Positions 37,620 through 48,585 of a DNA stretch of 64,000 nucleotides are shown one piece after another (position 1 is the first letter of the stretch; every line of letters begins with the position of its first letter). The stretch comes from Isurus oxyrinchus. Its lineage: Eukaryota. The notes beneath the pieces were generated by a model. That model was given only the letters and a program-made list of their open reading frames with translations, was not told the origin of the DNA and did not search any database. A program made the translations under genes and the position numbers. The stretch is from NCBI GenBank assembly GCA_026770705.1, contig JANJGN010000152.1, forward strand, positions 868,001 through 932,000, read 5' to 3'.

Positions 37620-39900
37620 TCAATTACCATTTGACAAGACCAAGAATGCCGGAGCTGGATGAGTCCTGAATGACGTATCTGACAGGATGGACCTGCCACA
37701 GATGGTTAGAGAGCCAACATGAGGGAAACCCTTACCTGATCTCCGGCCCACCACACTATTGACATCGATGTGATTGACCCCTGCACTGTCCTTGCGGAAA
37801 CCCAGGCCGGTATTCACACTGAGCACATTCTCCATTGTGTTGTGCAGCACTGCCACTGTGCTAAACGGGATACATTCAGAACAGATCTAGCAGCTCAAAA
37901 CTTAGCATCAACGAGATGCTGTTGGTCATTAACAGCAGGATAGTTGCATTCAATGACACCCTGTAATCTCATGGACCAGAATATCCCTCACTCAAACATT
38001 AGTGTGCATATCCACAGATTCCTAAAGGTAGCAGAGCAGGTAGATGAGGTGGTTAAGAAGGCATATGGGTTACTTGCCTTTATTAGCTGAGGTATAAAAC
38101 ACAAGAGCAGGGAGGTTATGCTGGAACTGTATAAAACGTTGGTTAGGCCACAACTGGAGCACTACTGCAGTTCTGGTCACCACAGTTCTAGGAAGTATGT
38201 GACTGCACTGGAGAGAGTGCAGAGGAGATTTACCTAGATGCTGTCTGGGCTGGAATATTTGAACTCTGAGGAAAGATTGGATATGCTGGGCTGTTTTCCT
38301 TGGAGCAACGATGGTTGAGGGGCTGCTGAGAGGCATAGGTAGGGTAGATAAGAAGGCACCTTTTCCATTAGGAGAGAGGTCAAAAACCAGAGAGCAGAGA
38401 TTTTAGATAAGAGGTAGAAAGCTAAGAGGGGAGTTGAGGAGAATCTTTTTCACCCAGAGGGTGGTAGAAATTTGGAACTCACTGCCCGAAAGGGTGGTTG
38501 AGTCAGAAACTCTAGTAACATTTAAGAAAGATTTAAATGTTCACTTAAGCTGCCATAGCTCCAGGGCTATGGGCCAAGTGCGGGAAAATGGGATTAGTGT
38601 AGTCAGATCTTTCTTTACCGGGGCGGAAATGTTGGGCCGAATGGCCTACATCTGTGCTGTAAACGTCAATGAGTTTATGAGTCCAACATCCAGTCTGGGA
38701 ACAATGAGGAATGTAGGCCAGCAGGTCAGAAGCAAGACCAGGCATACCTGAAAATGATGAACATAGTGCAAAGATAGAGCGCTGTACATAATGGACAACA
38801 GATCAGGTCTGTCCCCTTGCAGCTCAATCAGTCTACTCTCAATCATCAGTAAAGTGACTGAAGGTGTCGCCGACCTGCTCACCAAAGCTCAGACTGGATC
38901 CACCCGGATCAGCCAGCATCAAAGCTCATTGCAAACTTGGTCTGAACATGGACAAGAGAGCGAACTTCCGGACATGATGTATGAGTGCTTCAGTACTTGA
39001 TGTGAAAGTAGCTATTAACTGAGTGTGGCATCAGGAAGCCTTGGAAAGTGTTAGGTCAACGGGAATCAGGAGCAAATCTCTCCACTGGCTGGAGTCACAC
39101 CTAGCGCATATGAAGATGTTGTGGTTGTTGGAGACCAATCATTCTCAGCACCAGTTCCAGGAGTCTCTCAGAGAATTGTCGTTGGTCCAACCATCTTCAG
39201 CAGCTTGATCAATGACCTTCCCTTCATCAACGGGTCAGGAGTGGGGATGTTCGCTCATATTTTCACAGAGTTCAGTTCCATTTATGACCTCTCAGATAAT
39301 GAAACCGTCCTTACTTATTGCTTCTCGAACTGGACAAGTTTGCATTGATAAATTGCAAGTGATATAAGCGGCACACAAGTGCCAGGCAATGACCAACTCC
39401 AACAATAAAGAAACCAAACATCTCCGCTTGATGTTCAAAAGACATTACTGTCGTTGAAACTCACCATCAACGATGTGCAGGTGCCATTGAACAGAAACTG
39501 AACTGGACCAGCCGTATAAATACTGTGGCTAGAAGAGTAGGTCAGAGGTTGGGAATCCTGTGACGAATAATTCACCTCCGGATTCCCTGAAGCCTTTCCA
39601 CCATCTGCAAATCTCCAAGTCAGATACCTGTTAGAAATTGTTTACTTTCCTTGACAAATGTAGCTGCAGCAATATTCAAGAACCTCCACACCAACCAGGG
39701 GAAATCAAGCCCTTGATAGGCTCCTTATCCAACAGTTAAACATTCACTCTCTTAGCCACCGACACACAGTGGCTGCAGTGTGTACCATCCACAAGATGCA
39801 CTGCAGCAACTCGCCAATGCCTCTTCAACAACACCTTCCATACCTGTGACCTCCACCTCCCAGAATAACAAGGGCAACAAGCACATGGGAACACAATGCC
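37620..39900 (+). mobile_element. L2-like LINE fragments with nested CR1 (38000-38670)
   Basis: ISLLSIISKV, WHQ..SLHWLESHL, GPTIFSSLINDLP; CR1 FFTQRVVEIWNSLP. Confidence 0.75.
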
Positions 39901-40669
39901 CTCCATCCGCCTACACATACCACTCCGTAGGAGGGAAATTGGCATTTGGCGCAGGAACAGAAGGGATATCTGAAATCTAATTCTGCTGACTGCACTGAAA
40001 ATGAATATCAAGTACTGCGTAGCATATACGGCCGATCCGATACCATCCTTTCAGGCTACTGCCAGATACCGATTTCTAGCCTAACGTCTTTATTTATCAT
40101 ATTATCTCGCCATCTCACAGAAACATGGAGTAAAGCAACCATAATTTAAACAGAGGCATAGATAAAAATAAAATGCTGCAAATGCTGGAAATCTGAAATA
40201 AAGACAGAAAATGCTGGACAAACTCAACAGGTTGGACTGCATCTGTGGAGAGAGAAACAGAGTTAATATTTCGAGTGCATATGACTCTTCTTCAGAAACG
40301 TAGCCTAGTGCCATAGTTACAATGACCACTATAATGTAGACATAGTCAAGATTTAACATATCATTAACAGAGACAGGGCCTAGTGTAATATAAACAGAGA
40401 AAGAATCCAGTGCAATACAAACTGAGATGGCTTCCAGTGGAACATTAATGAGAAGGGTCATGAGGACTCGAAACATCAACTCTTTTCTTCTCCGCCGATG
40501 CTGCCAGACCTGCTGAGTTTTTCCAGGTAATTCTGTTTTTGTTTTGTTATTAATGAGATAGGGTCTATTTTAATACAAACAGAGGCCTGATCCAGCACAA
40601 TAGAAATAATGTAGTTCTCAGGGAATTAATAATTGAACCAGGATCCTGTATAACATGGGAGGGACGATC

Positions 40670-41280
40670 GTACAGTGGGAACGTCACTGGATCATTAACC
40701 CAGAGATCCAAGCCTTTTCCCTGGGGATAGGGGTTTGAATCCCATTATGGCAGCATGTGGAATCCAAATTCGATTAATAAATCTGGAATTGAAAGCTCGT
40801 CTCAATAATGGTGACCATGAAACTATAATCAAATATCATAAATATCCACCTGGTTCACCAATGTCCTTTAGGTAAGGTAATCTGCCCTCCTTACCTAGTC
40901 AGGACTACATTTTTTGTTTGTTCATTCATGAGAATGGGGGCGGCGCTGGCTAGGCCAGCATTTATTGCCCATCCCTAAATGGCCCCTTGAGAACACCAGC
41001 TTGTTAGGCTGGGTTTTTACGACAATGGTTTCATGGTCATCATTAGATTTTTTGATTCAAATTTCACCACCTACCGTGGTGGGATTCAAACCCAGACCCC
41101 CAGCTATTTACTAGTCCAGTGAGAATAGCAGCACATCACCACCTCCCATACATGTAACTCCAGAGCCACAACTTTGTGGAGCCCCATTCTCCAGTTATTT
41201 GTTTACTTGTCCACCACCATTTACAACTGGATGTGACAGGACTGCAGAGGTAAATCTGATCGGTTTGAATTAGGAACTTC
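40670..41280. mobile_element. Nested SINE/L2-tail fragments
   Basis: B-box-like ggtttgaatccc and cctggttcaccaatgtcctttagg; same family as 44560-44900. Confidence 0.6.
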
Positions 41281-42189
41281 CGGACTGTATGATATAAATA
41301 TTGGTACTGACTGGTGCAGTATTAATTGAAACAGGGTACATTGAAATATAAAGAGAGAGTGTTTGGTCTAACATAAAAATAAATGGAGTTCAATTTAAAA
41401 AGACAGAGACAGGGTCCCTGTCTCAGTATTAACTGAGTCAATGCCTGTTTTATAGAATGTGTCCATCAAGTTTTCATGTCCATCTGCTGGCCAAACTTTG
41501 CAATTCTAGCTACTGTGAAAATGTCGCTGTCAGGTTAGATCTTTGACATTATTGTATCAAGAATCCACTTTCCTAGATGTAATACCACATCGCCTTCTGC
41601 GGGAGGTGTCAAAATTTAACAAAATTCAACTAATTACAGCTGAACGTGTTTGATTAACGCATGTTAAAGTCAGCACCAGAATAATGCGGCCCAATTCCTG
41701 GTGATGTAACTTTGTTCATCTTGATCAAAGGGAGGGATGTTGACCAGGGAGCTGTATAGAGTTGGCGGGAGCTTTAAAATCCACCTCAACAAATATAGTC
41801 TTGGGAAGAGTTTATTAGTTCATGATACCACCTGATAGACCGTTAGGGTCATTTTCTTCAATAGTTAAGGGCTATGGAGCCTCCCAGGAAGTCAAGGTGA
41901 CATCTTAAGTTGAAGCACAAGATGCCATTTTGGTCTGTGTGTGTATGAGGGAGATTGGGAGGGAGAGAAAGAGCAAGAAGCACATCACATTGTTTGCAAC
42001 TGAAATTCACGAAGATTCTGGACAACATTCCATCTATGAAAGGTCACAGACACACAATGGAAACAAACCCATTTCAGATGTGCTGATTGCTAAGGAGTTC
42101 AATCATTATGAGGCAGGCTCTGCCACAAGTGCTGCACATGAAGCTACAAAGTGTCGTTGTGGCTAGATTTTTTTTCCCAGTGTTGGCCT

Positions 42190-43350
42190 CGATTTCCAAA
42201 CCGCTTTAGCAGCTGGTCATCGTGGTGATTCACGCCAATCCACAGGAGGTGTCGCCATTTTCCTCAGTGGTCAGTTAGTTACACTCAGTTGTGAGAATCG
42301 ATATTTAGGGCCTTCACTTCAAGCAGCCTTGAAGCAGAGCTTTGGGCATCCCACTGGTTGTCTGCCTCCAGCTCCCTCACCAAACAGAAAATCCTTGTGT
42401 CTGTGACCATCTTCCATCTGCGAATGTTCACAAGCCACAAAAACCACTTCTGTTTAATGAGTTCTTCAGCCTTAGGAGCTCTGCCTTTGAGAGTATCACT
42501 GCATTCGTGACTTTATCCAGCCAGTAAATACCCATAATGCGCAGCAGGTATTGAAGATGGAAATTGTGGAGCTTCTTTACTTGATAACGGTAAATCGCCC
42601 ATGTTTCACAGCCATTCAACAAGGTGCTGAGTACACAAACCTTAAAAGCCATCAGCTTGGTCCTAAGGGTCAGTTTGATGTTATTCCAGGGGCGTTTCTT
42701 GAGTCAGGCAAAGGTGGCAGCTGCTTTCCCCATGTGGGTATCAGGTTCTTCATCAAGGAACAGGCTGCCTAGCACCATGGAATCCAGGGAGCAGAATTTA
42801 CTTCCATCCGTTTGTTATTTAGTGTGATCAATGACGGAAATGCAACACCTTATCCCATGACCACGGTTTTCTCCATGTTTATAGGCAGGGAGAACAAGTT
42901 ACAGGCTTGGGACAGTCAGTTCATCAGTCCTTGTGGATAAGTTTCCGTTTTGATGACAGAGTTATCAGCGTGGAGGAATTCTCTGATCAGGATTCAATGT
43001 GTTTTTGTCTTCGCTTTCTGTCTAAAAGATTGTGGAGCTTGCGGTCTGATCGAGTGTGTAAGTCGACTCCTTCCATATCGACAGGGAAGACAAAGATCAG
43101 CTGCATGAAAAAAGTGCCCAACAGAGTGGGAGTTGGACACAAGCCTGTTTCACTCCATTCTTCACTCCGAATCTGTCGGAAGAAGAATCAACACTCTGTG
43201 CAGTGCAGCGCATGTTGTCATGGAAGGAGTGGATGAGACTGGGGAGCTTTGGTGAACAGCCAATTTTCCCAAAAATCTTGTAGAGTCCTGCTCTGCTGAC
43301 AGTATCTAGGGTATGGAGCAAATCATGTCCAGAGTTTATCATCTGACACA
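42190..43350 (-). mobile_element. RTE (BovB-like) LINE fragment
   Basis: VLSTLLNGCETW..KLHNFHLQYLLRIMGIYWLDKVTN; GVKNGVKQAC. Confidence 0.85.
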
Positions 43351-43569
43351 AACATCACACTGTGCTTCAGCCTGAAACCAGATGATGTGCTTAAAGCATG
43401 ACCCAAGAAATGGCCTTCTCCGTGACTCTCTGAGTGAGATATGCCTGTAGATGTTGCAGTCTCACCTGTCGGCTTTGTTTTCAGATAGTGTGGTGATTTT
43501 TGTATCATTCACCTCCTGTGGAATGAATCTTATCTTTCAACAGAGAAGAAGGTCGTAAAGGCGGAGAAA

Positions 43570-43780
43570 GGCAAATAATTATAAACACCAACCTTTATCA
43601 ATTCCCAAAGGTGAATAATTATATTCAAGAATTATCATCAATTCGCAAAGATAAATAAGTATATTCACCAATTAGCATCAATTCACAACGATAAATAATT
43701 ATATTCACCAATTACCATCAATTCACAAGACAAATAATTAAGTTCAGAAATTATCATCCATTCACAAAGATTAATAATTG
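43570..43780. repeat. ~40-bp minisatellite
   Basis: aataattatattcaccaattaccatcaattcacaaagata, about 5 copies. Confidence 0.85.
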
Positions 43781-43800
43781 CATGAACCAATCATTTTCAG

Positions 43801-44077
43801 CATTTTATTCCATTCAAATGTAATTGCGATTCATTTAATATCATTAACATTGATTGAGATCGCATTGACCATTCTGTCAGCAATGAATTACATCTGTCCC
43901 AGAATTCAGTGGGAAATGGAATTAAATCAGACCGAGGTTAATGAGCAGCTACCCAGCAGCCTCTGCGCTTTATTGACAAGTAATCACCTCATCATCACAC
44001 AGAAACTCCTGATATGTAACTGGAGTGTGTGAGGATTTGTAAAGTGATGGTATAAAGAAAACTACCTGGACCTGACT
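43801..44077 (+). pseudogene. Relic Ig-superfamily-like exon (CD2/SLAM-type pattern)
   Basis: Bounded by ttttcag| and |gtaagt; paralog of 9240-9526; ends ..TGVCE../..YLDLT. Confidence 0.45.
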
Positions 44078-44544
44078 GTAAGTTAATGCGTCTCTCCAGT
44101 GAGTAATATATGTTACCTTCACTAATTTGGGTGAAGATATGTTGAATGTTTTGTTGTACATGCAAGGACCACATATTTCAAATATTACAATCCTCCATCC
44201 TAAACCGAATTATGTACCCGCTTTCTGTCTGAAAGATGATGATTTACCATCAGCAGGGAAGAATCATCAGTACTGCAGGGACATCTCCAGCCTTCTCTTG
44301 TGACTTTAGCTCGTTAGCCTGGGGATGGAATACATCCAGAAAATCTGGAGACACTGAAGGTATTAGACTCATAGAAATAAAATACTGAACCTGCTTCAAG
44401 ATATTAAGTAGTCATGCACCAAGATGGGAAGGTAGAAGAGCATTTTTCAGGCGCGCCGATCCATACATCGGTCAACCCATTCATTGATTCCTTAATCAAA
44501 ATATTCAGGCATCCAACTACCATTCATCCCTCCATTCTTTGGCA

Positions 44545-44900
44545 GATGGTTGTGTTGTATTAATGTCACTGGATAAGCAACAAAGACACGAATACAAATC
44601 CCACCATAGCAGCTGGTGGAATTTAAATTCAATAATAAATCTGGGATTGAAAGCTGGTCCAGTGAAGGAAACCGTGAAACCACCATCGATTGTGGAAAAA
44701 AACTCATCTGATTCACTAATGTCCTTCAGGAAAGGAAATCTGCCACTGTACCTAGTCTGGCCTACATGTGACTCCAGATCCGCAGCAACATGATGGACTC
44801 TAACTGCCCTCTGAAATGGCCGAGCAAGGCATTCAGTTCAAAGGCAGTTAGAGACAGGCAACAAATGCTGGCCTTGCCAATGACTCCCACAACCCGTGAA
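44545..44900 (+). mobile_element. tRNA-derived SINE with L2-type tail
   Basis: cactaatgtccttcaggaaaggaaatctgcc..ggcaacaaatgctggccttgcc. Confidence 0.7.
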
Positions 44901-46679
44901 AGAGTAAAGGGGCAAAAAAATCACACAAATGTATATGTTTGACTGTTAAAAACATGTGTCCTCTCTCTGAGTCCTCTCTAATAGTCTGTCTGTAATTCTT
45001 TCCATCCATCCATCAGACTTTTATGATGTGTTGGAGAGATCCTCCAATGAGCTATTGTTGCTAACAGGATGTCAGAGAAGCTGGATAACTTTTCTTCCCT
45101 GAGAGATGGAAACAGTTCACATAGGTTCACAACTTAAAAAATAAAACTGACTCCAGTGTTGTTGCTGGGTAGATTTGTTTATAAATAGGCCTTGTTGACA
45201 ATGCTAAGGGTTTGAAGTTGGCTTGCAGCCAAGCGGCCACTTCTGAGGAAACAGATCTTTGATTAACTGCACAAACCCCCCAGATGCTTCCTGTAAACAA
45301 CATCGGACATTCGAGCCTCCCTGACTGCAGCTGGCTGGCTTGCTTCCAAATACTGTGTGGGTTGGATTAGCCGGGATATGATTGAACAAAATGGTTTTAG
45401 CCATTCAAACAATAAATATTTCTGTGGCACACGAAAGGCACATTTTAAATGGTACTTCATTAAAGGAAATATTTGAATGAATGCCGTGTTCACTGTGAAA
45501 TTAAACTCGATCAGAAAATATTAAATTCACCACATATTACTTAATTTATATTATTTCTAAGTAAAGGGCATTCCAGTTATTAAAGCCGGTTTATTAAGAA
45601 CTTCATGGAGTGCGAGAGAGCGATGTTGATGGTCTCAATCCCCCAGTCTAATGAGCTAAGTAGAATGGAAAAAAATTAAAATAAATTAAATTAAAAGAAC
45701 ATCATAGAATTGTATTGAACCTGCAGGAATTCCTTGAATATTCCTCCAGTTGTGCACCTCATTTAGCCTGTGGTGTCCCTTAAACCTCATTAGTACCGTG
45801 AACTGTACAGTTTACTTTGTGATGATTGCGATTATTTAACAGTCCCTCTCATAGCTGCCAATGAGTGGAGAAATGATAAGTTCGTGACCAGCTTCAGTGG
45901 AAGATAAAACATTTATTCTTGTGATATTGTGTAATATGCCGCAAAGTCCTGATATCCTGTGTTCCCAATACCAGTGAATGGTAGACAGCGGGAGGCCAAT
46001 AAAATTAGCTGCAATGATTTGGATGCTGAAGGATAACTTTTCTGATCTCCGTGTCTGTTCTGATTCATTAACTTCTTTGTCAAAAGTTGATGTAAATTTT
46101 ACGTTTCTCTGTAAGCTTACTGTTGACTTATCAGGCAGGCGGGCTTCTTTTATCGCTAATTTTCACAGGACTGTCTTTGGAACTGGGCAGATCGAGAAAT
46201 GCAAGGAGAGGCATTGTATAATGTGAGGAGATTCTTCTTATCTTCGGATCCAAATTGAACAGCGATAGCCACCTTGGCTGTAAATAGAATCATTTTGTTC
46301 ATCCCCCGCATTTAGTTACAAAAATCAATAATAATTCCTATGACTGATGACGCTTAATTATTGTAGTGAGATATAGACCCGGCGTTGCTGCAAAACAGAC
46401 TGACCTTTATTCCCTGATAATGTAATTTTTTTAGGCTCAACCCCGGGGGCAGTAGTGTAGAAATAAATGGACTTAATTTAGAATGGAATTAGATTTTTAT
46501 TAATAGACGCTCAAATGCAATTTCGCCATTAGAACCAATGGAGACATTACAATGAATCCATTCAGCCAAATATCCCGATACAGATAAAATTTCCACTTTT
46601 CACAATAACTTATTGTAAATATCGAGTCCATTCTGTTGGGGATTTGGAAGGTGGGGCATGGATCCAGTCGCCGCCTCCA

Positions 46680-46740
46680 CCAGGGAATCAATAGGCGGCG
46701 CCTGGAAACCCGCCCCTTTCTGCCGGGTATTTAAATGCCA
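46680..46740 (+). promoter_or_regulatory. VH promoter (CAAT-like, GC box, TATA-like)
   Basis: atcaat, cccgcccc and tatttaaa ~85-130 bp upstream of the ATG; no perfect octamer seen. Confidence 0.6.
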
Positions 46741-46814
46741 CTCACTGGGGCCGGAATCCAACAGTCCGGGAGCTGGTTTGTTCACTGAGTTCTGGACAGA
46801 ACCATTTTCCCCAA

Positions 46815-46872
46815 ATGACCAAAACGATGAGGTCGGCGATTTCTCTCAGTTTGTTGCTGACTTTCTTATCCC
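46815..46872 (+). CDS. IGHV: IgM VH leader exon
   Basis: (MTKT)MRSAISLSLLLTFLS, phase-1 gtgagt donor; second in-frame ATG at 46827. Confidence 0.95.
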
Positions 46873-47001
46873 GTGAGTAGTTTTTTATTGTCCAAGTCTC
46901 TCACTGTTACTGTCTCAGTGTTAGTCTCTCTCTGGAATGTTACAGAGTCAGAAATCATTTCACCAGGATTAATCCTCGGGGTTTTTGATTTATTTTTACA
47001 G

Positions 47002-47306
47002 GTGTTCAGTCGGAGGTTGTGTTGACTCAGCCAGAGGCAGAGACCGGGCGTCCCGGAGGCTCCCTGAGACTGACCTGTAAAACCAGCGGCTTCAATCTTG
47101 GCAGCTACGGCATGTGTTGGGTCCGACAGGTTCCCGGACAGGGGCTGGAGTGGCTGCTTTGGTACTATAGTTCATCCAGCAACAACTATGCCCCAGCAAT
47201 TAAGAATCGATTCACTGCGTCCAAAGACACTTCAAGGAACATCTTCTCCTTGGACATGACGAGCCTGAAGACTGAAGACACCGCCATCTATTACTGTACA
47301 AGAGAC
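47002..47306 (+). CDS. IGHV: IgM VH gene segment
   Basis: [61 protein letters not shown]. Confidence 0.98.
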
Positions 47307-47345
47307 CACAGCGAGAGGAACCAGGGCTGGACCCGAACAAGAACA
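47307..47345 (+). other. VH 23-RSS
   Basis: cacagcg, 23 nt, acaagaaca. Confidence 0.9.
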
Positions 47346-47715
47346 GATCGAGAGAAACTCAACAACTGCCATCGTAACCTGACGGTCAGTACTTGTTTTA
47401 AATGTAATATTAACTGTAATGATCAGAACCCGACAACTAGTCGCTTCTGACCAAAGTAAAGCAGCAAATTTAACTATAAAACCTAACAAACCAATTGATA
47501 TAATGGGCTGAGCTTTTGGCTGTGCTTACATTTACTGTTAATAGTTTCCACAATTACAGACATAGCTATAATGTTCATTTGAATATGTCTGATACTTGGA
47601 CGGGATCACTATTCATTGAGTTTTGTAAATTGCTGCATAAATACTAAACTAGATCAGAAGTAAACGTCTATTTGAAGTAAATATTGCGAGGCAGCACTGA
47701 ACAGAGAGTGGGTGC

Positions 47716-47795
47716 AGTTTTTGTGCGGGTGTATTTCACTGTGATACTACAGGGGGTCACAGTGCTGTGCACAGCGACATCCTCTTACAAAAACT
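47716..47795 (+). CDS. IGHD: DH1 (47744-47757 atactacagggggt) with 5' 12-RSS and 3' 22/23-RSS
   Basis: agtttttgt-12-cactgtg | D | cacagtg-22-acaaaaact. Confidence 0.95.
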
Positions 47796-48100
47796 TCAGA
47801 AGGAGTTTGTTCAAATTGGTGATCACTATCACAACAGGAAAAGTCAAAGAAAATGGGAGCTAAATAAAATAATGGGTATAAGTAATATTGGTTTGCAAAA
47901 ATATATAAAAGTATTCCGCTTTGTGTTTACGGACACGCTAAATCTTCACAGAGGCTTTTAAAGACCTCCAGTCACATTTAAAATATAATGACCAGCACAG
48001 GCTGAAATACCTCACTGATTCACACTTAGGTGAGTCGGAATCAGGTTTTTGAGAGCGCAGTGAAATTAAATCTCTGTATTTACAGTTAACAGTCTGCCGC

Positions 48101-48169
48101 AGTATTTGACATGGTGTCTCTCACTGTGATATGCTGGATGGCACAGCAGTTACTGTCAATACAAAAACC
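48101..48169 (+). CDS. IGHD: DH2 (48129-48141 atatgctggatgg) with 12/12 RSS
   Basis: agtatttga-12-cactgtg | D | cacagca-12-acaaaaacc. Confidence 0.93.
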
Positions 48170-48498
48170 CCTCAGCACTAATTGAGTCTGCCTGGGTCAG
48201 TGCTCGCTTTTACAATCCTGCTATATTTACAATGAAGTATTATTTTTGTCCAGCACTGCCCAAAAAACCTGGTTTAAGATGGAAAAGCTGTGATAATTAT
48301 CCATTCATCAATTGGTGAATTCAATAACATGTTCATGTGTTATTCTGTGAATTATAAAACTCGAGGATCATTGATGAGTAGCTACAGATATCTACAAACG
48401 CAAATATAATTTCGCGAAGATTCATCGTGACCTCCCTTTGCCTCTGACTTAGGAATATTTAAAATAATGGTGGATTTCTGTCTTTTTGGTGCAGGGAC

Positions 48499-48585
48499 AG
48501 TTATTGTATGGCACAGCCCAGGGAATGTAACACTGTGACGGGATGGACTACTGGGGACAAGGGACCATGGTGACGGTGACTGCAG
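48499..48585 (+). CDS. IGHJ: JH (48538-48585) with 23-RSS
   Basis: agttattgt-23-cactgtg; GMDYWGQGTMVTVTA; gtaag donor. Confidence 0.97.

Noticed and set aside
47763-47776. tgctgtg|cacagcg looks like a heptamer-heptamer signal joint, or an extra RSS, inside the D1 3' spacer
   Set aside because: Flanks do not match the D2 or VH spacers, and the embedded heptamer is only 10 nt from the nonamer; it is just spacer sequence.
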